Notes under the pieces: generated by a model
Seen by the model: the letters and a program-made list of their open reading frames with translations, nothing else
Told to the model about the DNA's origin: nothing
Database searches by the model: none
Assembly: GCA_965202585.1 (NCBI GenBank)
Contig: OZ241829.1
Coordinates: 21,700,001 to 21,764,000, forward strand
DNA: 64,000 nucleotides
Direction: 5' to 3'
Origin: Thalia democratica
Taxonomy: Eukaryota
Translations under genes and position numbers: made by a program
In this document: positions 38,865 through 52,981 of the stretch, in pieces
Layout of the letters: every line of letters starts with the position of its first letter
Numbering within the stretch: position 1 is the first letter of the stretch

Positions 38865-40560
38865 TAATAAAGATTCTAATTATAATGATTATTTGTAATG
38901 TTGAGTTCATCTTAACAAAAAGCACCAATAAAAGTTAGTTTAAATTACGGAATACTACACTATTAAAGTAACAACACAAATACACTTTTGGTTTATTGTT
39001 TACTTTATATACTTGATTTACCTAATTTAAATCAAAAAATTATAAAAAAGATAGTTTGTTAAGATTGTTTAAATTAACTTCTAAAGACTGATGAATTTTC
39101 ATATAGAACTTGACTTGGTTTGAAAATTTTTTCAATTCTTTGAACCTGAGCTTGCAAATTTTAAGAAAAAATTGATTAATGATCTTGTGTTATTTCTTAA
39201 AAATTGAGAATGTGAACATATCAAATGACCTATCAAAGGGTTAATAAAAGATTTGAAAAATGTTATTCCATAATTGAATCATAATTTATATGTTTACATT
39301 TGATATCTGAACTCAAAAAAGCAATAAATTGATATCTATACTATCATATAACTTTATGACTTAGATTACAAAACATTGCCTTTTGAATTTTTAGTGTTAT
39401 CAATTAAAAATTTACTTAACTTGTAAAATATTTCTGACAACTATGAACTTTTGAGATCTGTATTTACATAAAAATTAATTAAAATAGATAGCCCTTTTAT
39501 AAACACATCATAAATTTATAACTTTTCAAATTAACTTTTACCTGTAATCAGTGTTTGGCAACAACTTTAACTTTAATCTATTTATAACGTAAGGCAGCTC
39601 TAGTGCCTACTAATGTACATAGTTTAAAAAATTATTTAAAATCTTCTACGTGTGTATGCACTGCTTACAGTGCGAAAGTAATATTATTTAATTTTAATGT
39701 AATCTATTAATTTATTAAAATCAATTTTTTTTATTATCAATTAGTGCTATCAATCTTGTTTAAGTTGTGTTATGATATAACTTACAGAGACTACTTGGTT
39801 TCTTTTTAGTTATTTATTAAAAATAATACTTGAGTAAAAAACCAGCTTGTAGATAACAATTCTTTTAAATACGCGATTGTTTTAAATATAAAACTTGTTT
39901 TTTTTTTCATTTTCATTTGTCTTCTGCTTTAAAACGGAAAAGTTTTTATCTGAGATTTTCAGTTTAATATTGATAGATATTAAGTTCTTATTGTAACAAT
40001 TACAACAAAGGTAATTGGTTTTTACACATACTATTAAACCAGTTTAAAACCTTTGTAATTAAGTACAGAATGTTTAAAAGTCCACAATACTTTATGACAG
40101 ATTGTATAAAGTAATACTCAATTCCTTTTGACTTTTTTTAACAGTTTTAATAGTACAAGTATCTCAATCATACTGACACACAAATTGAACTAGTAAATAC
40201 AGCTTTTAATTATAAACAAAAATAAATGCTCATCATACAAGTTCTTAAACGTAGTAAACAACGTTAAGTAAATTAAATAATCAAATTATTTATAATAACT
40301 AAAGTAGTACATGATAACTTATAATCGCGAAACAGATATAAGACAGGTTCAAAATAAGAATTTAAAACTTAAGTTAGAAACTTATGCATGATCGACAAAC
40401 TGCTTTCTGCGGACTAATTGTGGCCCGAAAAGTAATTACTTTTTAGATGTAAAAATGTTTGTTTTGATAACTGTTAGAAATTTTACTTTATTAAAAAAAA
40501 TTACGTTTATGCTCGAAATCTAATAAATTGCTTTACCATTATTTTCAGCTAATACGAAAA
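38865..40560 (-). repeat. Inverted duplication arm A1 (partner 50635-52380)
   Basis: Reverse-complement matches throughout, e.g. gcggactaattgtggcccgaaaagtaatta (40408) vs taattacttttcgggccacaattagtccgc (50757), and catcatacaagttcttaaacgtagtaaaca (40231) vs ~50990. Confidence 0.9.
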
Positions 40561-42577
40561 TATTTTAGTTTTGTTTCATTCCTATAAAAACTTACTGCTA
40601 CTGTCGTTAAATATGACTTATTTTATAAAATATTAAACTTTTGCCTACGTTAAACTTCTTAAATGGAATTTTTCCTTTTAAAAACATTTTGTGAAAAAAC
40701 ATCAGTGGTTTTAAATAAAAAACATCAAATAAATGTATTGACTTTTGTAACAAATGTATTAGGAAATTCGTTGGAAAAGTATTTACTTATTTTTCACTAT
40801 TGTGTTACAACTTCAACTAATTGTGATACAATAATATAAATAAGTGTTAAATCCACAAAATATGATATTATCCTAAAAATAAAATGGTTAAAACTGATCA
40901 AACAAGCGTATACTACAATCTCGCAATAATCTGATAATGACTTAGACCTTGAGATGCGAACGATTTATCTGCGTAAGCTTTGTCGCAACAGTCACTAAAG
41001 TTTTTATGTTTTTTAGCCCTCTGTGTCAAATCTTAACAGCGGTTTTTTTTGCAATTCTGCTTGACTGATGAAACTATTAAAACAGAATTGGTCATTGGTT
41101 GTCTTGAATGTTGTTTTTTCTCGTGTGGTGAAGCTTTGTTATGTTTTATCTGTTTTATATAAGCTTTCACTTAACTTCCCCTAACCCTCTTTTAAGTTCG
41201 CTTTAGACTAATTGTATCATTTTAAAACACCAAGTTATTTAGTGAAAAATCGATGTTGTATAATAATAAACAGTATATTACAAAAATATGTTGTAATGAT
41301 AATAATCATGTTTTTTTTTAAATACCACTTATTAAGTTAGTAAATTGAAGACTACTATTTAAGTTACGATGTAGTTTTGCTTTTTACTATTTTACTTTTA
41401 AATGAAACCATAGAGAAGATTTTAAAAAATATACCAGAAAATAAGATAGGAAGAAAATTTTGTCTAACATGCTGAAAATAGTTATTGGAGGTTTATTAAA
41501 ACACAATAAGAGATTCAATATACAAATGATGGCGTGAGTATGGGTATTTCATTATCTCCCTGATTTTTTAGTATGGAAATTTTCAAAACAAATACTTAAA
41601 AATGAAAATAATCACGCCTTATATATTCGATCCTTTTCCTATTTAAAGAAACTATAACTAGCTCACTTGCTCAATTTTTTTTTTCGTCAAGAATGTTGCC
41701 GAGTTGACTTTTGTATAATTTAATTTATTTATTTTCGTTAGAGTATAACATATTTACAAAAAAAATTTTTTGTTTTATTGCAAAAACACTCAAATTCAAT
41801 GTTACTGTTACCAAAGAACTGTTCTTTTAAATAGTTTTTTTTAGCATTTAATGCTCCCTTTAAACACAAACACGAGTGCAGAAGTAAGAAAACTAATCGA
41901 GCCGTAGTAAACGGACGGAAATAACTTTTGAGGTAGCAAAACTTAACTTCAAAAATATAAGACTCATATATGTGTGCAAAAGTAGAAAAGTTTAATATTT
42001 TTCATAATAAATAAATTCTGTTCAGACATTAACACTTATTTTATGTTTTTATCAAGCAGCTTTAAAGCAGTGTTTTCAACATCTACATTGTAAAATGACA
42101 CAAAACTTTTACTGTTAGCAATAAAAACTACTAAGGGTGAATTTTTTAAAGTATGCTTACTTCTAATTAACTTTTTGTTACCTGGAATAAAATAGTTATG
42201 TTATTGTAAAGTACTAGTCATATCTAAATGCTTAAGTTAGAGGTTAACTTTAGCTTTAGATTTCGTAAACTATCAAAAATGTATAATGATAGTTTTCAGT
42301 ATAATCGACAGGTTTCATAATGTATGTATACACTAACCAAACTATGCATAAAAATCAGTATTTATAAGTATACTAGAAGTATACTAGAAGTCAGCGGCCT
42401 AAAAACTTTTTCTCAGTACATTTATAGATTTCTGTAGAAAAGTTTACTTTTTATTTTCAAGTTTATAAGCTTTCCACTACTCAGTTTCTGTACAGAGCAC
42501 CCAATCAAGCGATACAAAGTTATAGAATTAAAAACTTTAGTAGAAAGTAGTTTAGTTGTTTAAATTTTAATTTAGTA

Positions 42578-43215
42578 AGTGGTCGTCAAGGTGTACACTG
42601 GTGCACACTAGTGTACTCAAAATTTATTTTGGGGTACACGGGATTTTTTGGGTACACAAAACTTATTTTGGGTTTTTAATTTTTCAGGTTGCACTGAGTA
42701 AAAAATTTAGCTTTTATTTAGTTAATCAACTTTTATAAAAATGAAATTTTACATTGAATTACCTAAATCTACATTTTTTTTTTATTTATGAAGTTTTTTA
42801 TGTCCCATAAGTTAAACTTAAGTTTTTTTCGTTTTTTCGTAACTCAAGTTTTTTTCGTAGTTCCTAAAATATCTAATGTAAGTTTTACCTCTCGCGGGCC
42901 GGATTCCACTTAAATAATGTAAGTATTTTCAGATTGGTAATTTTCTATATGGTTTCTAAAGAAAGATTCGAGCGATGCAAATAAGAATATTGTAAACTTT
43001 TTTTGGAAACATAAAGAAGTGCATAATTTTGTGGGAGTTTTCCATGAACAAACAAGCTAGGTTCTAACAACAAAGCGCAGAAATTGCTGCAGTATCCTTA
43101 TAAAGAAAGTTAAAGTTATTCACGGGTTCCTACCACTACCGGCATAACTTAGGGGTACACTGAATTATTTTTCTCAGTTTAGTGTGCACAGAATTTTATT
43201 AGCCTGACAACTACT
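42578..43215. mobile_element. Degenerate hAT-like non-autonomous element
   Basis: Imperfect TIR agtggtcgtcaag / cctgacaactact; GGGGTACAC-type subterminal repeats at both ends; no clear TSD. Confidence 0.5.
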
Positions 43216-43544
43216 ATTTAACAAAAAAAATAGAAAGGTTATATCAAGCTAAACATTGTAATATTGTTAGTTTTATAACAACTGCCACAAAAACTATTAG
43301 TTTAGTAAACTATTCTATGGTTGCCAATAATAAATTTCAATGGTAAACTATGTTGAGTGTCACAAACGATCAAAATTAGCTATTTTTTAAGATTAAACTA
43401 ACAGTTTACTTTAACAACACTTTGTAAATTAATTTAATATTTATTAAATCAATAATACGATGACCTAAAATACAAATCTATTTAAAACCACTTTCTACCA
43501 AATATGTATTGTAGAAATCCTTTTTTTCAACATGTTTTTAGCGT

Positions 43545-43756
43545 TTATTTTTTAATTTGAATGACGCCATATTTTTTCGGGTCTGCCTTCAACTTTTCGT
43601 CTATCTCTTGTTTAATATCAGGGAAGAGTTTTTTGAACTGTTCATCATCACTGCAGTGTTTGAGAGACTTGAGAGCGAGCTGCCTTCTTTGCTCTCCAGT
43701 TTGATTGATACCTCCGATGTGGTTACATTCGTTTTCAGCCATAAATGAGATGAATC
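43545..43756 (-). CDS. UBE2J: Ubc6/UBE2J-like E2, exon 3 (GFISFMAE...IGGI...QIKK*); total 179 aa
   Basis: G..SFM and .G.I motifs; TTCACAG acceptor, phase 1; stop at 43545. Confidence 0.88.
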
Positions 43757-44415
43757 CTGTGAACAATTTCATTTGAAAATTTCCAAAAAGTTGATAATGT
43801 TTTACTCATAATATCATTTTTTAGTTCAAAACTTTTTTAATTAAATTTGTTTTAAAAGACTAAGTTTTGTAATAACATTATAAAAAAATTTCATGAGCAA
43901 GGTTTCTCAAAATGGGGCTTATAGTTCCCTTGAGGTTTCGTAAAAAAATTACGAAACCAAAACCAAAAAGGGCGTGACTAGTAAAAATGCCGTAAGAAAT
44001 CATAGTTTCATAAATTGAATATTGTACTAGATATTTTTGAGTTTATAAAAAATAGCAAAAAAAAAGTCTTAGATGTGTATAAAAACTTACATCAGTTATT
44101 TCTGTTTAAAAAATTTTTTTATAGTACTTCTTGACGTATTAAAGTGGACCATTATAGAAAGTTAACGGGGTTATAGGGAAATAATTTACATAATAACTAT
44201 CATTAGATATACTGAGTAAATTAATAAGGTCAAAAACAAAAAGTTTTAGAATTTTTATTTTAATTTTTCACGAAGAAGACGGCCATAGCTTTTTTTAATT
44301 TTTCAAAAAGGAAAATAAGGAAAAAAATTGAAAAATCCTAAACTAGATTTTGCAAGAATATTTACTTAACTAAATCACTTATATCAAACATTAAACGAAA
44401 TATTCTGTAACTGAC

Positions 44416-44623
44416 CTCTGAGAATGGTGCCAATAGTCCAGGTTGAAGTCCAGCTTTCGGGATGAAAACTCGAAATTGACAGGCAAAGTTTTTTGTTGAC
44501 TTCATACCTTCCGTTAGGCGTCATCATGCGGATTTCCGGCGGGGAGAAAGGGTAGTTGGAAGGAAAGATCATCGACCCGTGGTAATACCCTTCTTCGTAA
44601 GGCGTTTCCGAAGGACCTTGTAT
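44416..44623 (-). CDS. UBE2J: Ubc6/UBE2J-like E2, exon 2 (GPSETPYEEGYYHG...TPNGRY...LCLSISSFHPESW)
   Basis: Family-specific TPNGR replacing HPN, and catalytic Cys in LCLSIS.FHP; phase 0/1. Confidence 0.93.
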
Positions 44624-45125
44624 CTAAAAAAAAAGGTATTTAGTCTTTTTTTACTTGAAGAATTGTTTAATAAGTTTTTCATCAAAAACTTTTAGTATCA
44701 ACAAGTACAATTACAAAAACTTAACTTTTACTTTAAATACATAGTCTTTCGTTGACATTATTTACCCAAGTTTATCACTTTTTATAGATTTTTTTGTAAT
44801 CTAATTTCTTTTATTTTATACTTCTAAACCAATTGTGTTTACTCTATTGTAGTTCACTAAATAAAAAAAACAAACGATTTGTAGGAGTAAACGAAGAAAC
44901 CGATCAGTTCCTACCCGCGATTAATTCCTACCCGATCACCACTCATCGACCAAGGTTAAGGGTTAATGGTTTAAACGATAGTAAAAAGATCAATGAAAAA
45001 CAAAGTTAAACAATATCACTATAAATAAAGAAATACAAAATTGTTTGTAATTGTAAGTAAACCGAATATTATGTGTTAATGTGATGCGTATAATTTTTGT
45101 TAAAAAAAATGTAAAATAAGCTTAC

Positions 45126-45245
45126 ACAGAAATGACATTTATGAAGATTGCTATCCAAAGGTCTCACTGCTTTGACAAATTCAACAGGCTCCTTCTCTAG
45201 TCCTATATACTCCTTTGTTAATCGTTTGGTGGCAAGTTTGGTCAT
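45126..45245 (-). CDS. UBE2J: Ubc6/UBE2J-like E2, exon 1 (MTKLATKRLTKEYIGLEKEP...)
   Basis: A.KRL.KEY..L...P E2 helix 1; phase-0 donor GTAAG; missed by the ORF track. Confidence 0.88.
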
Positions 45246-46374
45246 TTTGTATCAGTATTATTTCTATTTTATTTAATTCTTAAATAAATTTTTAAAACTT
45301 GATTTTTTAAAATACTGCTTTGTTTTTCTTTTCTTTAAGTTATTATTTACTTGCGTAACATACGCGCTTATCATAAGTGAAATTTTTACATAACTTTCCT
45401 ATAGACTCTTTACTAATGGTTTGTATATAAATAATATTTTTTTTATAACAAAAGTTGTTAAAATTGATATAATGCTAAGTTTTTTACTACCCATGTATTC
45501 TAAAACATTCTAATACGAAAAAAAAGCTTTTTTTTCTACCATACAAATTTTACTTTCAATTTTATTTTATTTTATATAAAGAATTTAGACACAATTCAAA
45601 ATTTATCAGCTGCTTTTAATTTTTGAAAACAAATTTACCAGGTAAGTAGTCATTAATTTTAATCTGTATCATAAATATAGAGATTTCATTAACAGTCATA
45701 CAAATATTTTACCAGCTACACAGAAATTACAACTTGTGAAAATAGAAAGTATAGCAAATTAAGTTTTGTATAAATTTTTGTTTTAAAATTTGATTAAATA
45801 TTAAATTAATGTTTTTATGTTAATTTTATTGTTGATAAATATATAGTTAATAAAAAAAAAATCACTTCACTTATCTTATTATGATTGTTTACATTCTCAA
45901 AAAATAAATATTATTTATAATCTAAATAATTTCTTTTAAACTTGTACTATACTTGGCTTTAAAATAAAATCAAATTAATTCTGACATCTTATCTTAGTTA
46001 ATTTCAACAAATAAACTATTAAAATGAATTAAATATACTATGTATTAGAGCTATATTATGACTCTAATTAAAAGCCAACAGTATAACTAGAAAATTTTAT
46101 TAACATTAATAGGGACAAAACTAATTATGTAAATGTTTAATGAAACTTGCCATATTTGCTTCATTTCCCAATACTAACTAAATTAATATTAAAATCAAGG
46201 ACAAAACTTGAAACTTAGATGTTTACTAAAATTTGCCCTAGTTGCCAATAACAATAAAATTATGGAAAACAACGAAAAACATTATATATAAAAATTTTCT
46301 ATGTGAGAAAACAATATTAATACAAACTACAAAAAAAAGTTGAGCAAAAAGTAATTTATATTAAAAATTTTTGT

Positions 46375-46860
46375 ACTAATACAGCAAAATATTAATGAAA
46401 AAAGTTTTAAAAAAATTTTTGGTTTTTAAATACATAGTTTATAAAAAAAAGAGAAATAATATTATAACAATCTTTTCCATTTTTTTATAAATTCATTTTT
46501 AACCTTTCGGTCCTCATAAGATCATTTTTTATTCTAGTTTTATTAAAAGCATTTGTTAGAAGCCATAATAAGACCTTTTATATATTTTTATTTTTTTTAT
46601 CCTGATTAATCAAAGTTGCCACTTTTGGAAGAAAAAAGCATGGGTAAGTATCAACCATTTATTAATTTGTGTAGTAAACGCAAAAAAAAAACTCTTATTC
46701 AAGCTTAAATACTGAAAAAAGGCACAAATAAAGGATAGTGTATCTAAAGAAGTGTATCACTTAAAATTTCATTAAAGTAGCACAAGACTAATAACTTGAG
46801 TTGTCCTTTTATTAAACCTGTTTAAACACATACATAATCTTATCAAATATAAACTAAATA
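46375..46860 (-). repeat. Inverted duplication arm B1 (partner 54355-54845)
   Basis: cctgattaatcaaagttgccacttttggaagaaaaaagc (46601) is the reverse complement of ~54585-54625; flanks also align. Confidence 0.88.
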
Positions 46861-49135
46861 TTGCAAAAAAAATTAATTAAACCTGATAAATTTTTAAACT
46901 TGTAAATGAAAACCTGTAATAATTTAGATTTACTAAAATAAAATAACTATAACTAGAAAGAGTACATTATTATGAATTAATAATAAACTATTGTATATTT
47001 TCTTTATTTTTAAATAAGTAACTAGTTTTAGCTTCAGCAAGAATTGAACAACTTAAATTCATGAAATAAATAAAAAATCTTTAAATAGTGATATGGTCAT
47101 TTTAAAGCTAAAGTTAATGATTTAGATTTTTCAGCTTAAATTTTGCCAATAATACTTTAAACTAATATCAGGATTATTCATCAAAAATTAGGAAGATATC
47201 TAGGAGATATAAGTTACACTAAACATTTTTATAAAGCTTACTAGTTTTAAGAGATCTTTAACAGTTAGAGCTGCCCTAAATTACCTAACTGTACAAAGGG
47301 TTAAAACCATGCTACAAGCATTATTTTCTGATAATTACATTTTATTATACTAATACTTAAAAAATATATTCAAAGAAATTCTATGACATTTATTTTTTTT
47401 TTATTAACTATGAACAAACTACCATTAGATTTATATTTATAAAAAAGTGTCAACTTTTGTTTAGGAACTTACAGCTTTTATTAAGAACTCAACACTGTTT
47501 AAAAAAAAACAAAAAAAAACTAGAATAATTATATTGCTACCTAAATTATATAGGTAAAGTCCTTGATAAAAATTATTGTAACTAAAAATAAGATAAGGAG
47601 TATTGAAAAAATTAAAGATATTTATATAAAGCTTTAATTAACTTAATTTTATAGTTGATATCAAAAAACAAAAACTAAAAGTTTAATAATCTTTCTAAAA
47701 AAATAAAATTACTTTTAATCAGCTGAAAAAAACTAAAATTATTGTTAAAGTCAAAAATAAAAGTATTTAATGCAAAATAAATTTAAAAAGTTTCTTAAGG
47801 TTTTTTGAAACTTCAATTTAAAGTTAATATGAATCTAGTTAGTAATACTTAAACTACTTTAAAAGCCAAATTGTTTAAAATTTTCATCAGAAGTTTTGAG
47901 GTGATAATACTTATGAGGAAACAGAACTTATAACTTAAGAAGATGACTGATAAAAATGTTTTTATTAGTTGTTAACAGCTTTCCAATCTTGCACTATGTA
48001 TTTTTAAATAAAAAAAACTTTAAGAACTAGGTCTTTAAATTTGTCTTGTATTAAAACATGTATATGATGGGAAAACTATGAAACATTTATAAAACCATTT
48101 GTGGTTACTTGGTTCTCGCATCATATTTAAAAGAAAATACAAAAATTTGCACTTTTTTAATGTTTAACAAAATATAGTTATTAGTGAATGAAATTAGATT
48201 TTCTTTAAAAAACAGAGTTTGACTAACAAACAAGTCCATAATTAAAGACAAAACTCAAAAAAAAAAACAAAAATGGCCTATATCTCAAAGAGTATTAAAT
48301 CCATTATAAAAAAATTCACTTACAATAAAGCTAATTCACTGGAGAAAATTTATTTTTTAAATTAATGATATCTGTGTTTTTGGATATATTTTGCAAAAAC
48401 AAAAAAAATAGCCATAATGTTTCACTTTTTAAATGGAGTCTAGCTCCGACCCAATAAACCCAAATTCAAAAAAAAAAGTTTGATTAATCAGTTAGTGACA
48501 AAAATATGTAAAAACTAGTCTTTAAGTTTTTTTTTTAACGATTATCGTGATATAACTTTAAACTAGCTCGCTGTTTAATGTTATAATAAGTAGAGGGTAT
48601 AAAAATCACTCCGGTTTTGTTGAAATGTAATGATAACTTCATAAAAACATCGTAGTATTTAGTTTTATTCAAAATCCTTTTTTATGTTCAATCCTAGTTT
48701 GGTTTCAGTTAACTATCCTTTAAAAACTACGGTATGTTAGACCCTTAATTATCAAAAGTTCTTTTTTATGGTTAAATGTTTAAGCAATAAAGTTTGTTTA
48801 ATAGTGAATATGTTTAGCTTTAGGTATGCTTAAATTGTATAATTAGAATGATTTAACAGTTAACATGTACTTTGGAAACTAATTACAAAATGTATTTATA
48901 AAAGTTTATAATTCATAAAATCAATCATGCATCTGTTTATAATATCTATTTAAACTTCACTATGTTTTTTCTTTGATAAAAATTATGTTTAAAATAAATT
49001 AAAAACTAGGTAATAGTTTTAATTTTTACTTAATAATTTTTTCTTTTAAATTTCAACTGGTACAAGACTAATATCTAAAATTTGAAATACTTTGTTCCAC
49101 TTGATTGTCAAGTATACGGTTGCTAAAAAGACTGG

Positions 49136-49947
49136 GAATGGGTCATAATGTATGAAGACAAAATTGCATGAGATTACTAAATTGCACGAAGGGACTAAAT
49201 TGCACGAAAACAAACTTATACGAGAGTCCTTTTGTTGATGAGACCAAAATCCCATAATATTTGCTGAGTCGGCATAGAAAAATTATAAAAGTTTTATGTT
49301 TTAATTAGTTTTTAATATGTTTGGGTCAGGTGGGTTAGGGTTAACTGTATAAATATTTAAAAAAAAGTTAATTGATGATTCAGAAAATATAGGGGAAGTA
49401 CCCTTGTTTTAAAATTGGACCTCTTGCACGAGGCGAAAAAATGACATTAGGGCGAAATTGCACGATGATACTTTTGCACGTAGACAGTTTTGCACCAAGG
49501 GTCATTTTTTCACGAGAGTATAAAAAAAGATAAATATATATAAAAAATGCAGAAAAAAAAAACGAAAAAAAAGATAAATTTACTGACCGAAGGTAAAGGT
49601 TAGGTGTAACAGTGAAAGTAAAAAATATATAATAAAAATTGTTTAAAGAAAAAAATTAGTTAAAAAACTATATTAATTAAAAAGAAAAAACAAAGCTACC
49701 GACCGAGGGTAAGGATTAGGGGTAAAAATGATAGCAAGAAAAAAGAAGAAGAAAGGGTTCGGGGTAACAGTGATAGTATAAAAAAACTATTAAAAAATAA
49801 TTTCAACCCGTGCAAAATATCTCAGTGCATAATTGTCTGCTCATGAAAAAGTGTCTTTGTGCAAAAGTGACCTTTCGTGAAAAAGTGTCTTCGTGCAATT
49901 TTATTTTCGTGCAATTTTGTACGCTCGTGCAAACTTGACAGCTACCC
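49136..49947. mobile_element. Composite foldback-like/MITE element with (A/T)TTGCACGA arrays in inverted orientation
   Basis: TTGCACG repeats at 49160-49210 and 49420-49520, TCGTGCAA repeats at 49808-49932; centre has GGTTAGGG-like and ggtaacagtgatag direct repeats. Confidence 0.7.
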
Positions 49948-50634
49948 ATGATTTACACCCCTAGGTAAAATAAAACTAAACTTCAAATCAAACTTTTTTT
50001 AACTGGTAAAGTTAATATGATTGTATAAAACATGATTTTATGTTGAACTAATTTCCAAATATTTAAAAAAAATTGTATTAATGAAAAACTAACACAACAA
50101 ACTAAAAAGGGAAAAGTAATTAGTACTGTAATGCTAGCGAAAATGTTAACTGATAAGTTGATTTAACTAATTAAGTTAACTTCTCCCTAGTAATACCGTT
50201 ATCATTTACTTTTTCCATATTAGTATACTATGTTCAAATTATTTATTATTTTAACTAAATCAAACTAAAACAGTCATTGATTTAGTGAAGTAGGTATATA
50301 TTTAATAACTACTGTATACAAACCTTTCTAGTAGATTGACCTGTATGCAAATTTATTCTCTGTTTGATTATATATACTTTATCTGAGCAAAATGAGAAAT
50401 AAAACTGTAAGGTAAATTTTTTCGTACGCATAAAAATTACTTAGAAACAAAACACAACAAATATAATAATCGCAAAATAAATAGAATCATTTTGAAATTT
50501 AATAATTTCTATCGGCCATATTTTCTATAAAAAATTGCTAGAGGGCCGTAGTTATCTTTAAAAATCTAGTAATCGATATAAAATTACTAGTTTAAGCAAA
50601 ACATGTTATGAACTAAGTAATTCAAAAGCGCTAC

Positions 50635-52380
50635 AAGGAGTATTAGCTGAAAACAATGGCAAAGGACTTTATTAGATTTCAGCCTAAACGCAAGTTTTTT
50701 CAAAAAATTGAAATTTCTAATAGTTATGAAAACAAGTGTTTTTACAGCTAAAAAATAATTACTTTTCGGGCCACAATTAGTCCGCAGAACGCAGTTTGTC
50801 GATTCCTGCATAAGTTTCTAACTAAAGTTTTAAATTCTTATTTTCACCTAGACTTATATTTGTTTCACGATTACAGATTATTATGTACTAGAAAAAGTTT
50901 TTATTTTTTTGTTGGATTAAACTTTTGCACAATTATTGATAGGTTATTAAGTTATTATATATAATTTGATTATTTAGTTTACTTTACGTTGTTTACTACG
51001 TTTAAGAACTTGTATGATGAGCATTTATTTTTGTTTATAATAAAAATCTGTATTTACTAGTTTAATTTGTATGTCAGTATGATTGAAAATCTTCTATTAT
51101 TAAAACTGTTAAAAAAAAAGTCAAAAGAACTGATTATTACTTTATACAATATATCATAAAGTGTTGTGGACTTTTAAACATTCTGAACTTAATTACAAAG
51201 CTTTTAAACAGGTTTAATAGCATGAGTGAAAATAAATTTCGTTTGTTGTAATTATTACAATAAGAACGTGAAATCTATCAACATTAAACCCAAAATCTGA
51301 GATAAAAAGCTTTTCCATTTTAAAGCAGAAGACAAATGAAGAATATAAGAATCCAAATTTTATATTTAAAACAAGCGCATATTTGATAAAATCTTATCTG
51401 CAAGCTGGTTTGTTATTTAAGTATTATTTTTAACAAACAACTACAAAGAAACCAAGTAATTTCTGTAAGTTAAATTATAAAACAACTTAAACAAGTTTAA
51501 TAGCACTAATTAATAAAAAAAGAAACAAATATTTATAAAATAATAGATTACATTAAAAAGAAATAATATTACTTTCGCACTGTAAGCAGTGCATACACAC
51601 GTAGAAGCTTTTAAATAATTTTTTAAACTATGTACACTAGTATGCACTAGAGCTGTCTTACGTTATAAATAGATTAAAATTTAAGTTGTTGCAAAACACT
51701 GATTACAAGTAAAAGTAAGTTTGAAAAAATATAAATTTTAGATATGTTTATAAAAGAGCTATCTTTTTTAATTTTTATATAGATACAGATCAAAAAAGTT
51801 TATAGCTATCAGAATTGTTTTACACTTTAAGTATGTTTTTATTCGAAAATTAAGATTTAAAAGATAATATTTTGTACTCTAATTCATAAGAAATATGTTA
51901 ATATCATTTTAATTAATTTAATGCTTTATTAAGATCATATATCAAATACATTTGTATGAATTATGATTCAATCTTGGGAATACATTTAAAAGCTTTTTCA
52001 TTAATCCTTTCAGAGGTCATTTGATATGTTCATAGTGTTTATATTTAAGAAATAGTACAAGAACATTAATCAAATTTTTCTCAAGATTTGCAAGCTAAGG
52101 TTCAAAGAATTGAAAAAATTTTCAAACCAAGTCCAGTCCTGTAGAAAAATTTATCAGTTTTTAAAGTTAAACTAAGCAATGTTGGTAAACCATATTTTTG
52201 AGAAATGTTTTGATATAAATTAGTTAAATCAAGTGTATTAAGTAAACATTAAACCAAAAGTGTACTTGTGTTGTTTCTTTAATAATGAAATACTCTGTAA
52301 TTCAAACTAACTTTTATTATTGCTTTTGGTAAATTTGAACTTAACATTATAATTTACCATTATAATTATAACCTTTATTA
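50635..52380 (+). repeat. Inverted duplication arm A2
   Basis: Diverged reverse-complement copy of 38865-40560. Confidence 0.9.
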
Positions 52381-52981
52381 ACTAGGGAGGTACTAAGTTA
52401 ATTAAATGTACCAATATTTGGTAGTGATTTTCAATACAAAGTAAGTTGTTAATAGCATGTTATCTACATTAGATTTAGATAACATAAAGTTGTTGTCAGT
52501 GTATTTACGATTTGTAAGTGAGAACATCTTTTTGCTGAAACTGTTATAAAAATTTCTCTTGATTAAACTACCTGTTTAGTTCTTATGACAAACTGTCATT
52601 ATTTAGGATTGACTGATTTGAAAATATCAGTAAAATATTATTAATATTAACGATAACTAAAAAAATTCATAGAAAACTTATATTTTTTTATCTATAGCCT
52701 TAAATATTTAATTGACTTAGATTTTTGCATTCTGTGTCAACTGTTGTTAAATTTACCAACTTTTATTTAGTTTTACATTCATCATGAAGCATACTACCAA
52801 GACAATGATAATAAGCACTTTAATACTAAACACTGAAGTACTTAATTAATACGTATATATTTAAAGCCATAACTTATTGTAAACCTACACACGGAATTTT
52901 TTTCTTAAGTATTTAACATGAAAAATATCATTGAGCTAAAGGAATTTTTCCAAAGAAATGGATAACCATTGACCAAAATAA

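Noticed and set aside
40600-43544. A downstream transmembrane exon for the UBE2J-like gene
   Set aside because: No convincing donor before the stop and no coding-like hydrophobic exon downstream on the minus strand.
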